Source: Mobula hypostoma
Lineage: Eukaryota
Direction: 5' to 3'
DNA: 64,000 bases
Assembly (NCBI RefSeq): GCF_963921235.1
Contig: NC_086107.1
Coordinates: forward strand, 112,284,001-112,348,000
Of this stretch, positions 38,651 to 51,280 are shown in pieces (position 1 is the stretch's first letter; each line of letters opens with the position of its first letter). A model generated the notes under the pieces. That model had not been told where the DNA came from and did not search any database. It saw only the letters and a list, made by a program, of their open reading frames with translations. The position numbers were made by a program, and so were the translations under genes.

Positions 38651-39451
38651 TTCACTCAATGGCTCTCTAAGTGACTTAAAGCATACAGAGAAGGCAAAGC
38701 TTCCATGATTTGCAATCTGTGCTTTCTGTAGAACTTTGGTTCCTGAGGTCAGTCAAGTGAGGCTTCAGGGGCTGTGGGGCTGTTATTGTTTGCCCACTGA
38801 CTATGGATGTAGACCGCCTCCCCTCTCTCTACCACCAAGTGTAGAAAAGTTGCCATTGATGGCTTTAAGTGCTGGCTGCTTGTTGGGGGCTCTGTGCACA
38901 TCACAGAGAGCTTCAAGTTGGTTCAATCCCTGATCCCCAACTCAGTAGTCAAGAATATTCAGAGCCGAGTGCAGCTTCCTCTCTCAATTCACAGATAAGG
39001 GATTTTGTTAGCCAGAGAGTGGTGAATTCATTGCCACAGACAACTGTAAAGGCCAAGTCATTGGGTATATTTAAAGCAGAGATTTTTTGTTTCTCTCTAT
39101 TACCATGTATTGCATTGTACTGCTGCAGCAAAGTTATCAAATTTCATGATATATGCCGGTGATATTAAACCTGATTTTAATTCTGATTCTAATAAGTAAA
39201 GGTGTCAAAGGTTACGGGGAGAAGGCTGGAGAATGGGGTTGAGAGGGACAACAAATCAGCTGTTATCGAATAGCAGAGCAGACTCGATGGGCTGAATGGC
39301 CTTATCCTGCTCCTACATCTTATGGTGTTATAACTAGTTCCAAACACCCTGATATAATGGTTGGAAGGACAGTTTTCTGTGACAGTACCAGGTTCACTTT
39401 ACCATCTTCCTTATTAGTGAAGGATGACAGTGTCAGGCAATGTGGCTCTTT

Positions 39452-39482
<31 letters not shown>

Positions 39483-39509
39483 TCCTATCAAATATCCCAC
39501 GACAAGGGC

Positions 39510-39705
39510 TACAAACACACAAGATTCTGCAGACACTGGAAATCTCAAGCAACATACATAAAATGCTGGGGAACTCAGGAAGCCAAGCAGTATCTTTGGA
39601 ATGGCCTGATGAAGGGTCTCGGCCTGAAACGTCTACTGTTTCCTCCTCTCTATGGAGGCTGCCTGGCCTGCTGAGTTCCCCCAGCACTTTGTGAGTGTTG
39701 CCCAT
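39510..39705. mobile_element. Penelope-derived palindromic mini-element with hammerhead-like core
   Basis: Inverted arms ATGCTGGGGAACTCAG / CTGAGTTCCCCCAGCAC around CTGATGAAGGGTCTCGGCCTGAAACGTC. Confidence 0.7.
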
Positions 39706-39751
39706 GACGAGGACTGCAAGAGTTCAATACAGAGAAAAGCCCCCTCTACAG

Positions 39752-39830
39752 CAGGGCTTCCCAACAGGGCTCCATGGACCCCTTGCTTAATGGTGTTGGT
39801 CCATGGCATAAGAAAGGTTGGGAATCGCTG
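39752..39830. mobile_element. hAT-Charlie-like 79-bp MITE
   Basis: CAGGGCTTCCCAAC / GTTGGGAATCGCTG TIRs; perfect 8-bp TSD CTCTACAG; inverted relative at about 29566-29647. Confidence 0.85.
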
Positions 39831-42506
39831 CTCTACAGTGTCACATCTGGCAGTTCAAGCACAGGGACAAGACACAAAAACATAAGAAAATAGGAGCAGG
39901 ATCAGGCCATTCGGCCTCTCAAGCCAGCTCTATCATTCAATATGATCATGCCCAATCTGTCTCAACTCCTCTTCACCAATCTCATGTAGCTCTTGGTTAC
40001 CAGATCTTTTGAACATTTACCTGCCTCTTTTTCAATAACTCCAGTGGTTGACATATACAACTCAGAGACTCACCGACCTCTGCAAGAAATTCTATGCCAA
40101 CAGTTTCAAAGACAACCCACTTTATTGTGGTATGGTTCTTTATTCAAAATTCTTCTTCTAATATTGTATCTCCACATCCACCCTGTCATGCCCTCTCAAA
40201 ATCTTATACCTATCAATAATTCATCCCATATTCTTCAAAACTCCAAAGGGCACAACCCAGGAATTAAATTATTGAATCTCTTCTGGATTTCCTCAATTGA
40301 AAGTATATCTGTTCTCAGATAGGGGCATCCACACTGTACACAGTTTTGATATTGATTGTATATGGAATAAAAATTCCTCTGTCTGTCTCATCAAACACAT
40401 GCTGGGCAGGGACAGTGTGTAGACGAAGATTAAGTCTCCCTCTACACTGTCCCATCAATCACCACTGCCCTCTCCTATCAGATTCCTTCTTCTTCAGCCC
40501 TTTATCTCTTCCACATATCACCTTCCAGCTTCTTACTTCCCCTCCCCACCTGGTTTCCCCTATCACCTGCCAGCTTGTATTCCTCCCCCCCTCCCCTTCA
40601 CTTTCTTATCCCGGCTTCCGTCCCCTTCCTTTCTAGTCCTGATGAAGGGCCTCGGCTAGAAATATCCACTGTTTATTCCCCTCTGTAGATGCTGCCTGAC
40701 TTGCTGAGTTCCTCCTACATTTCTGTCTGTGTGTGTTAGTCACAATATAAGGACAAAAAGGATTAGAAAGAGATTAAAACACCATCAACACTGTTCCATC
40801 AAATGTTAAGAAAGGGATGTCCTGGGATAGATAGGGAGCAAAGATTCCTCAATACAATCCCATCAAACACTCACAAAGTACAGACAGCAAGGACTGGATA
40901 GAGAATACAACACCCTCTGCACTCTCCCATCAATCAGCCCAAGGGCAGAGAGAAAAAACAGGATGAGAGAAGAAGGAATTTTAGTCTAATCGGTAGCAGA
41001 TATCAGGTAAATCTTTTCTGAGTGAACGAACTTTCTTTTGCCTGACTGCCTGCTCAGATACTTTTTGGAACCGGGGACTGAGCGATCAGCAATCTTTGAC
41101 ATGCTGACTTAGCTTGCTTGGTGCAAAGGAGAAAATGCATCATTAATTGTCAAATGATCGAATCATCTTGGCCCTGGCTGTTCTCCAATGGTTTTTTTTT
41201 CTCTCTCCTCCATTTATTTTTGTAATCCTTACATAGACCAGAGTTCGATATTTGTCGCTGGGTTGTTGAAGTTACGAAGTACCAGCAGATCCCAGTACAC
41301 TCCCAGCAGGTGGATGTCAGCGTAGTTGCGGAGAGCCACAGAATGGTTACAGCAGGGCATGAAGCCATTCAGCCCATTGAATCAGCACTGGATTTTTTGA
41401 ATGTTGGATCCACCCTGACCCTTTCCTTCTGTGCAGATTTTCAAATACTTTCTCCTTCAAGCACCAGAGACATGGGGGAAAGGGAGTGCAATGCAGCAGG
41501 AACCCACCCAAATTAAAATCATTGCAAATTCAGAGATCCTGATGCTGACCAGTAATTATTGATGTATGGTGCGGTGGCAGAGTTGTTAGACAGGAGCTCA
41601 AACAGCTGTCCGCCCTATTGAGTCCAGCATTCTCTTTCACAGCCTTAGGGTAACCCAAAGCCCTCTTGACGTGCACGTTGAGCAGGACCAGGAGGCACCA
41701 CAGGTAGTCCAACTGCCGCTGATCTCCAGTGACCCAGGCTCAATCCTGAACTCTGACGCTGTCTTTCTGGAGTTTGCAGGGTCTCCCCTCTGCGTTTTCT
41801 CCAGATGCTCTTGGTTTCCTCCCATGTCTTAAAGATGGCTTGGTTTGCATGTTAATTGGTCACTGTGAATTGCCCCTGCGGTAGGTGAGTGGTAAAAACT
41901 GGGGGGAGCTGATGGCGCAGTGGTGATGGTCAGTGAGAATTCAATAGGAAGAGGACCCTGTTCCACAGTCATGGAGAGAACTTATTACAGGCAATGGTGG
42001 GAATTGAACCCTGTATTATTGATTGCTGACTAGTGGTGTGAAGCGATGTGTTAACGGCTACGCAATCGTGTCATCCTTATCCTTCATTGTGTACAGTATA
42101 TTCTTGACCATCACCAGTGGGTGAAGCAGGGTGCTCAGAACTTGTACCTGTCTCTGGTGTACACTCACTGGAAGAAGAGTTGCTGTCTTCCGACTGTTGA
42201 CGCTTCAAAAGCTAATCTCTCTCTGACATCTCCCCTAATCTTTGCTCCACTCACTTTAAACACATGTCATAGAGTCACAGAGCACTACAACACACAAACA
42301 GGCCTTTGGCCCATCTAGTCTGTGCCGAACTGTTCTTCTGCCTAATCCTATTGACCTGCACCTCCACCATAGCCCTCGATACCCTTCCCATCCATGTGTG
42401 AATCCAAACTTCTGTTAAGTATTGCAAACAAACCCACTCATAGTCTCATGACTCCAATTTTCTCCCACAAGCAAAATACACATTGGTTACTAAAGGGCTA
42501 CTGTAG

Positions 42507-43089
42507 CACTCAGTGGCCACTTTATTAGGTACACCTGTACGCCTGCCCATTAATGCAAATATCTAATCAGCCAATCATGGGGCTTATTAGATATTTGTAT
42601 TAACGATGCATAACAGTATGCAGGCATGGTCAAGAGGTTCAGTTGTTCAGACCAAACATCAGAATAGGGAAAAAATGTGATCTAAGTGACTTTGACCATG
42701 GAATGATTGTTGGTGTTAGATGGCGTGGTTTGAGTGTCTCAGAAACAGCTGACCTCCTAGGACTTTCATGCAAAACAGTCTCTAGAGTTTATAAAGAATG
42801 GTGCAAAAAAAAAAACCAAAAAGGATCCAGTGAGGGGCAGTTCTGGTGGTGAAAAGACCTTGTGAAGAAGAGCGATCAGAGGAGAATGGCCAGACAGGTT
42901 CATGCTGACAGGAAGGCGACTCTAATTCAACTAATCACCTGTTGCAGCAGTGGTGTGCAGAAGATATCTCTGGATGGACAACACATCGAGCCTTGAAGTG
43001 GATGGGCTACAGCAGCAGAAGACCAAAGTCAGAAACTCAGTGGCTACTTTATTAGATACGGGAGATACCAAATACTGTGACCACTGAGG
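42507..43089 (+). mobile_element. Tc1-like non-autonomous element
   Basis: Same TIR and GKKCDLSDFDHGMIVG remnant as 27638-28182. Confidence 0.85.
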
Positions 43090-43479
43090 ACTCAATAGAA
43101 TGAACTTCTAATAAAGTTGGAAACTTGTCCAACAACTTGGTCTGAACTTGCAGAGCTTAGTGCTTCAGCTTCATGGCATCAAGTTAACGTCCAGAGGTCC
43201 CAGTGAATCTCAACACATAACTCAACCACAGGAGCTGGGGGTTTTAAATTCAGTTAATTAACTACATTTTGCAATGATAAAGGCACTAACAGATTGTCGT
43301 GAAACCCCACTTTAAGGAAAGATATCCACTTGCTCAGATCTAAATGTGACCCCAGATCTAATGAGTCACCTTGGCCTGCTGAGTTCCTCCGGCGTTTTGT
43401 GCGTGTTGCTTGGATTTCCAGCATCTGCCGATTTTCACTTGTTTGTTTTTAACTACCCTGTAACATTGCTTAGTAAGTA

Positions 43480-44010
43480 ATTTCCTGGTGGCCAGTCATT
43501 TTAATTCCTATCCCCGTTACCATCCCAACATGTCGGCCCATGGCCTCCTCTTCTGTCATGATGAGGCCACCCTCAAGATGGAGGTTCAGCACCTCATAAA
43601 TCCATCAAGGTAGCCTTCAACCTGATGGCATGAACATAAGGTTTTTCCTTTTGATAATTCTTTTTTTCACTTTTTCCCTTCTCCCTTCCCTCTTCTTCCA
43701 TTCTCCGCTTTGGCCTCAACACTTCTCCTCACTTGCCTATCACCTATCGTGATGCCCTTCCTCTTTCCCTTTCTCTCATGGTCCACTCTCCTCTCCTATC
43801 ACATTCCTTCTTCTCCAGCCCTTGACCTTTCCCACCTGGCTTCACCTTTCACCCTCAAGCTTGTCCTCCTTCCCCTCCCTCCACCTTCAGATTCTCGCAT
43901 CATCCCCCTTCTTTTCCAGTTCTGATGAAGAATCTCAGCCCAAAACATCTACTGTTCATTCATTTTCATGGATCTGTTGAGTTCCTCCAGCACTTTGTGT
44001 GAGTTGCTTA
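43480..44010 (+). mobile_element. Penelope-like element 3' portion
   Basis: End of GIY-YIG region (CAACCTGATGGCATGAAC), pyrimidine tract, CTGATGAAGAATCTCAGCCCAAAAC. Confidence 0.75.
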
Positions 44011-44730
44011 GTAAGTCTCTGCAGCTAAGAGCTGTGATTTTGCTATTGGTGCCTTTCAGATTTAAAAAAAAAATTAGCTCTTCTTATTTGTCACATGGAC
44101 ATTGAAACATAAAGTGACATCCATCATATTGCATCGAATCAAATCAGCGAGGATTATGCTGGGAGTAGCCCGTAACTGTCACCACGCTTCCAGCACCAAC
44201 ATAGCCTGCCCAGCAGCACTCTTCCCTCGAAGCTGTGTGCGGCCACGCAGTGACTGAAATGCTCCCATGCACATAGCCTTTGTTGCCACGCAGCTGGAAC
44301 TGGACGCAGTCAGAAAGGTTCACGAAAGGTGAAAGATTTTCTTTGCTGTACTGTATTCATTATACCCTTCAATTGGTAAATAAAGTCAAAAGTATGTGAT
44401 GTTTCAATGTTCTTTCTAAGGATTCATAGTATGCATATTGCAAATAAATAACATTTAAAGTGCCGTGCAGTTTTCAGGCCGTGTAAAAATTTCCTGCTCA
44501 GAGCAATGGTTGGTCCACGCAGTTGTAAAAAGATCAGTGGGAACGTTGCACTAACCCTGGCCCACACATCGCTGGGATGTGGGAAAACCAGGGCACTTGG
44601 AGGACACCCACATAGACACTGGCAGAACGTACAACCGCCATACCATCAGTGGCAGGAATTGAGCCGCGATTGGTGATCATTGGCGCTGTAAAGTGATGCG
44701 CTAACCACTATGCTACTGTGCTGCAACTTC

Positions 44731-45253
44731 TGTACCTAATAAAGTGGCCACTGAGTGTACGTCCGTGGTCTTCTGCTGCTGTAGCCCATCCATTTCAAGA
44801 TGTGATGGGTTATACGTTCAGAGATACTCTTCCGCACACCGCTGTTGTATGTGCGGTTATTTGATTTACTGTCGCCTTCCTGTCAGCTTGAACCAGTCTG
44901 GCCATTCTCCTCTGACCTCTCTCATTAACAAGGTGTTTTCGCCTACAGTACTGCCCTTCACTGGATACTTTTGCACCATTCTCTGTAAACTCTAGAGGCT
45001 GTTGTGCATGAAAATCCCAGGAGGTCAAGCAGTTTCTGAGATACTCAAACCACCCCATCTGGCACCAACAATCATTCCACGGTCAAAGTCACTTTGATCA
45101 GATTTCTTCCCCATTCTAATGTTTGGTCTGAACAACAACTGAACCTCTTGACCACATCTGCCTGCTTTTATGCATAGAGTTGCTGCCACACGATTAGATG
45201 ACGAGACATTTGCATAAATGTATAGGTGTAGCTAATAAAGATGCCGCTGAGTA
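44731..45253 (-). mobile_element. Tc1-like non-autonomous element
   Basis: HLVNERGQRRMARLVQADRKATVNQIT; TIR matches. Confidence 0.85.
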
Positions 45254-46084
45254 TAAATGCCCAGTTGTAGGAAATCATCAATTAGAAGCAACAATTGAAG
45301 ATAATTTTATTTATGCAGCAGAATTTTCTAATCTGGGCTGATTACTGAAAAGTTGAGGATATGTATTCAATTGGAGCTTTCAGACTGGAATTGCCTCAAT
45401 ACCAGTCATAGACAATTACCAGGGTGATACAAAAAGACTGGGGAATGGAGTTAATTGGACCACTCTTTCAAAGAGATATCCCAGGTTGACAGCCTGAATG
45501 GTGTGTTAAGAATCCATGCTGCTGGGAAACAGTCTATTGAGTTCTGATATCCCATTTAATGAGCCATGTTCAGCTTTGGTGATAAGCAAAGGATTAAAAT
45601 GCCATCTCTTTGGAGAACAATTCACAATTCCACAGTGAATCAGCAATTTGTTACAGTATTGGATAGTCTGTGACACCACAGAAGATTTCATAGAGGAGGA
45701 AGTACCAGGGCTCTTTCAGATGAATTGAAGGCCAGAATCACACACGTCAACCATCACTCGGCTACTCACCTGTTTGTTGTCATCCCTGTAGGACACGGGT
45801 TCAAGTCCCACTCCAGAGATGACTTGACAGTTGATAGTGAGCAGATTGGGCCTCTAATCGAAGAAAGGATGTGCTGGCATTGGACAGGCTCCAGAGGAGG
45901 TTCATGAGAATGATTCCATGTTTATGTATGAGAAACATTTGATGGCTCTGGGCCTAAACTCACTGGAGTTCAGATGAGTGATGGGGGAGCTCATTGAAAC
46001 CTATTAAATATTGAAAGGGCCTAGATAGGGTGGAAGAAGAGAGGATGTTTCCTATAAAAAAGGAGTCTAGGACCAGAGGGCTCA

Positions 46085-46792
46085 GCCACAGAATACAAGG
46101 ACACTGAGGAGTGCGGTAGAACTGGAAATCAAAGTCCATAATTCGTTGGAAGTGGTGTCACAGGTAGAGAGGGTTATAAGGTAAGTTTTTGGCATGTTGG
46201 CCTTCATAAATCAAAGGAATGAGTACAAGAGGTGGGATGTTACGTTGAAGTTGTATAAGACGTTGATAGGCCTAATTTGTATTGTGTGTGTTTTTGGTCA
46301 CCTACCCTCAGGAAAGATGTAACCAAGGTTGAAAGAGTACAGAGAAAATTTACAAGGACATTGCCAGGTCTGGAGGGACTTGAGTTGTAAGGAAAGATTG
46401 AATAGGTTAGGACTTTATTCCTTAGAATGTAGAAGATTGAGGGGAGGTTTGATAGAGGAATAGAAAATTATGAGGGTAAATGCAAGCAGGCTTTTTCCAC
46501 TGAGGGTGGGTGGGACCACAATCAGGGGTCACGGGATAAGGGTGAAAGGTGAAAAGTTTAAGAGGAACGTGAGGGGAAATTTCTTCACTCAGAGGGTGAT
46601 GAGAGTGTGGAACGAGCTGCCAGTGCAAGTGGTGCATGCGAGTTCGATTTCAACATTTAAGAGAAGTTTGGGTAGGTATATGGACGGTAGGGGTGTGCAG
46701 GGCGATGGTCCCGGTACAGGTCAATGGGGGTAGGCAGTTTAAATGGTTCAGCTCAGGCTAGATTTCTGTGCTGTAGTCTTCTATGACTCTAT
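46085..46792 (+). mobile_element. CR1-type LINE 3' fragment nested in another CR1 remnant
   Basis: RVNASRLFPLRVGGTTIRGHGIRVKGEKFKRNVRGNFFTQRV. Confidence 0.85.
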
Positions 46793-46924
46793 AAGGCAGG
46801 AGAAAGGGGTCGAGAGAAATAATATATCAGTCATAATGGAATATCAGTGCAGATGGATCAAACGGCCTATTTCTGCTCCTATGTCTGATAGACACTCATC
46901 CTGGAATGATGATGAAACCGTCCC

Positions 46925-47832
46925 ATCAAGGGTTTGCGGGTGACACAACAGTGGTTGGCCACACCAACAACGACGATGAGTTGGAGTATAGAGAGCGAGT
47001 GGTGCGGCTGGTGGGTTGGTGTGAGAACAGCATCCTAAGCCTGAACGCAGAGCAGACCAGCCAAATAGTTGTGGACTCTAGGAAGGTGCAGATGAACCAT
47101 CCCCCTCTGCACATGCATGGGCTCCATAAAGAGAGTTGCTCAAGTTCCTGGAAGTGCACATCACGGGCGACCTCACCTGGTCCCTCCATATCACCTCCCT
47201 GAACAAGAAAGCACAGCAGTGCCTCCACTTCCTGGGGAGATTGAGGCCACCAAGGCTGCCCCTCCTCATCCTAACTGAATTTTACAGGAGCACCATTGAC
47301 AGCGTCCTGACAAGCTGCCTCTCCATCTGGTCTGGGAGCAGCCACGCTCTACAAAGGACTGTGAGAATGGCCAAGAGGATCACAGGGGTCTCCCTACCAT
47401 CCATCGCGGACATTGATCAGGAGCGCTGCGTACGCAGAGCCCTTAGTATTATCAATGATCCCACCCATCCATCCAGCATCCTCTTTGACTTTCTACCATC
47501 AGGCAGGAGACTCTGATGCATAAAGACAAGAACGGTCAGAATGGGAAATGGCTTCTTCCCTCAGACCATTAGGCTTCTGAACTCCCTGCCACATCGCATT
47601 CAAAGTGTCACCAGATAATTTGTACTATACCCTAAATATTTAATTTATGCGCTTTACTTTCTTTATGCATAATCCACTTGTAGATTTAATTCTTACTTTC
47701 ATAAATTATTGTGAGTTATATGCATGTTGTGTGCACTACTGTGCTCCACACCCTGGTCAGGAGAAACATTGTCTCGTTTGACGATATACATGTATATAGT
47801 TAAATGACAATACACTTGATTTGACTTGACTT
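46925..47832 (+). mobile_element. Rex1/Babar LINE RT-to-3' fragment
   Basis: FAGDTTVVG...GWCENSILSLN; KKAQQCLHFLGRLR...FYRSTIDSVLT...LPSGRRL; (ACTTG)n tail. Confidence 0.88.
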
Positions 47833-48146
47833 CATTCACAGGTGCCCATCTTAGTGAGCTTTTTGGGATTGATTTGTTTTAAAAATAGCTTTAGTAAAAG
47901 CAGCAGCACAGCTTGAATTAAGGTGTTTTCCTCACTGCCCTGTCACTGGTTAGGGAAAGTCCCCAATAACCAGGTGAACACCCATGTGCTCCCTCTCCAG
48001 AAGCATCCTGCAGGGACATACTGTCAGAACCGAGGCAGGTAGGTGGCCGATCTGATGCATGGCTGCTTGGCTTGTGAATGGCTGCCTTAGCCAGTGGCAG
48101 CCAGACTCACCAGAAGTTGGCTCCAGGTTGACTGTACCCTCTCCAC

Positions 48147-48720
48147 TGGGATGTATGGGGTGTCAGGGAGGGGTAGCGCCTCTGGTGGGGGGAACATGTG
48201 GCGTCCGTTTCAAGGTGGTTAGTCCACCTTTGGTCCCCACCTGGCACTCAGCTCTCACCCGTGGCTCCCCGTAGCTGTTTGCATGCGACAGCGGCCACAC
48301 CCCGGGCAACGGCTTCGACAAGCCGGCTAAACCAGGCGAGAGTAGCCGACGGGTCTCAAACCCTCGGTGAGATAGGGAGTTGTCTATCCCAGCACGTGAA
48401 GACAGACTCCGGCGGATTGAGCGAACGAGACCAATGGAAGCTGCAACGGTCAAGGTGGTGGTCTCTGCAAGCGTCATGGAACGTGTAGAGCAGGACAAGA
48501 CACAGAAGACGTCCTGGTCATCCACTGCGCCTAGTCCCATCTCCAGCCGTCTCGACTCTGTCTTGCCACTGGATCCAGATGGGAATTGGGAAGAGAGAGT
48601 GAGGCTGACGCTGCGCAACTCCCCCCCGCCACTTAAATCCAAATCTCGCATTAGTCTCAACACCATCATCATCATAATGGTGTCAAGGTCCTCATCGACA
48701 TCGATGATGGATGAACACAC
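48147..48720 (+). mobile_element. Non-autonomous RTE-like retroelement, apparently complete
   Basis: Perfect 11-bp TSD ACCCTCTCCAC (48136-48146 / 48721-48731); CpG-rich, hairpin-rich 5' region; no credible ORF. Confidence 0.7.
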
Positions 48721-49218
48721 ACCCTCTCCACCAAGATCATCCAACTTGTACCTAACTCCTCAGGGACAGGAGAACGTAGAGGGAGTCTTGTGTGTACCGT
48801 ACCTGTTAGGACTTTGTACGATGAGCTTTGTGCTTGGCGTGAAACATTCAGATTCACATTCACGCACAGGTAGACCGAAACATACAGTGAGATGCATCGT
48901 TGGCATTAACGACCAACACAGGCTTGCTGGGGCCAGGCCACAAGTGTTGCCACACCTTCCGGCGCCAGTATAGCATTCCCACAGTTCTCAGCAGAATAAC
49001 AAGAGCAAAGGAACTCCCTTTCATCCATCCCACCCCACCCACCCACACTGACAATCCTCCAGCCCCTGGGCAGGCCTCCAGGCCTTCAGTGGGCTCGCAG
49101 ACTGTGGGCCTCAGACTTCCCCAGTGGACCACAGACACTTAATTCAAGATTCAAATTTATTTATCCAAAAAATACCATTAAATGTGCTGTTTGTGTTAAC
49201 AACCACATCCTAATATAA

Positions 49219-50352
49219 ATGGTTCTACATTGTAGGCTTATTCAGAAAGTTAGAAGGCATGGGATCCAGGGAAGTTTGGCCAGGTGGATTCAGAATTGGC
49301 TTGCCTGCAGAAGGCAGAGGGTGGTAGTGGAGGGAGTACATTCAGATTGGAGGATTGTGACTAGTGGTGTCCCACAAGGATCTGTTCTGGGACCTCTACT
49401 TTTCGTGATTTTTATTAATGACCTGGATATGGGGGTAGAAGGGTGGGTTGGCAAGTTTGCAGACGACACAAAGGTTGGTGGTGTTGTAGATAGTGTAGAG
49501 GATTGTCAAAGATTGCAGAGAGACATTGATTGGAGGCAGAAGTGGGCTGAGAAGTGGCAGATGGAGTTCAACCCGGAGAAGTGTGAGGTGGTACACTTTG
49601 GAAGGACAAACTCCAAGGCAGAGTACAAAGTAAATGGCAGGATACTTGGTTGTGTGGAGGAGCAGAGGGATCTGGGGGTACATGTCCACAGATCCCTGAA
49701 AGTTGCTTCACAGGTGGATAGGGTAGTTAAGAAAGCTTATGGGGTGTTAGCTTTCATAAGTCGAGGGATAGAGTTTAAGAGTCACGATGTAATGATGCAG
49801 CTCTATAAAACTCCGGTTAGGCCACACTTGGAATACTGTGTCCAGTTCTGGTCACCTCACTATAGGAAAGATGTGGAAGCATTGGAAAGAGTACAGAGGA
49901 GATTTACCAGGATGCTGCCTGGTTTAGAAAGTATGCATTATGATCAGAGATTAAGGGAGCTTGGGTTTTACTCTTTGGAGAGAAGGAGGATGAGAGGAGA
50001 CATGATAGAGGTGTACAAGGTAATAAGAGGAATAGATAGAGTGGATAGCCAGCGCCTCTTCCCCAGGGCATCACTGCTCAATACAAGAGAACATGGCTTT
50101 AAGGTAAGGGGTGGGAAGTTCAAGGGGGATATTAGAGGAAGGTTTTTTACTCAGAGAGTGGTTGGTGCGTGGAATGCACTGCCTGAGTCAGTGGTGGAGG
50201 CAGATACACTAGTGAAGTTTAAGAGACTACTAGACAGGTATATGGAGGAATTTAAGGTGGGGGGTTATATGGGAGGCAGGGTTTGAGGGTCGGCACAACA
50301 TTGTGGGCCAAAGGGCCTGTACTGTGCTGTACTATTCTATGTTCTATGTTCT
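49219..50352 (+). mobile_element. Young 5'-truncated CR1-type LINE with open ORF2 C-terminus (RT domain part)
   Basis: 355-aa ORF 49219-50286 with SGVPQGSVLGPLLFVIFINDL, FADDTK and RPHLEYCVQFWSP; (TTCTATG)n tail. Confidence 0.96.
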
Positions 50353-50729
50353 AAATAATCTAATATTCCCAATCAGAATGGAGAGGCATCCCTTAGCACA
50401 TAGATGAGGAGAAAATTTCTTCAGCTGGAGGGTGGTGAGTCTGTGGAATTCATTGCCACAGATGGCTGCGGGGGCCAAGTCATTGGGTACATTTAAAAGG
50501 GAGGTTGATAAATTCTTGATTAGCAAAGGCGCCAAAGAAGGCAGGAGAATGGGGTTGAGAGGGATAAGAAATCAGCCAGACGGTGGAGCAGACTCGATGG
50601 GCCGAATGGCCCGATTCCGCTCTTATATTTTATGAGCTAATTAGAACCTCAGACGGATCCTAATTAGAAACCAGGACCTAGTAAATTAAGGGTTAATGCA
50701 AATCCCCCGATTCACTGATCACGGCTCAC

Positions 50730-50752
50730 CCTGTTGAATGCGAACCAAAATG
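50730..50752 (-). other. Candidate 23-nt microexon of an unidentified gene
   Basis: Minus strand: TGCCTCTCTTTTTTCTCTCTCTCTGCAG|CATTTTGGTTCGCATTCAACAGG|GTGAGC, in non-repetitive sequence. Confidence 0.45.
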
Positions 50753-50939
50753 CTGCAGAGAGAGAGAAAAAAGAGAGGCATTTGATATATGTAAACATTA
50801 AACACTGTTCTGGTCAATAAACGGAGCCTTGATTATCTCTGCGGACTAAAGTCATTGTTGCTGAAAATATCAAGGACTGAGATTGGCTTCTGCATTCTCC
50901 CCTCTCCCCGCTCCCCGCTCCCCAGTCACTGCAGAATTA

Positions 50940-51280
50940 ATCATTGCAGCGGGGCACGGGTCGTAATCCACTGCATTCCTACAGATGGAGCCTTATCGGA
51001 CTGGAATCGCGGTGCGGCGGCAGGAAGCAGCCAGGATCTACGAGTCTGCTTGGCAGGCGCTGCTGAGGGAGGCAGTTCCGCAGCAGCCGTGAGGAGGGAG
51101 AGGAGGGAGAGGAGGGAGAGGGTGCAGGGAGTGATCCTGTGAAACAGAGTGCAGCACAGAGTCCGTGCGCAGTCTTAAAGGGGCATGCCACGCCGCGCTG
51201 CCCGGGAGAAGCCCCACCGAGACAGCCGCATTGCCTCCAGTCAAACCGCACACCCGAGCCGCGCTCGCAAAACGCCAGAG
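50940..51280. promoter_or_regulatory. CpG-rich non-repeat patch (possible promoter/enhancer)
   Basis: Dense CpG in otherwise CpG-poor DNA, (GAGGAGGGA)x3, no resemblance to window repeats. Confidence 0.45.

Noticed and set aside
48163..48973. Overlapping 193- and 197-aa ORFs
   Set aside because: They cross the TSD boundary of a retroelement and have no recognisable domain
49219..50286. Host reverse transcriptase gene
   Set aside because: 5'-truncated CR1 with a typical 3' tail; lacks the endonuclease and RT N-terminus
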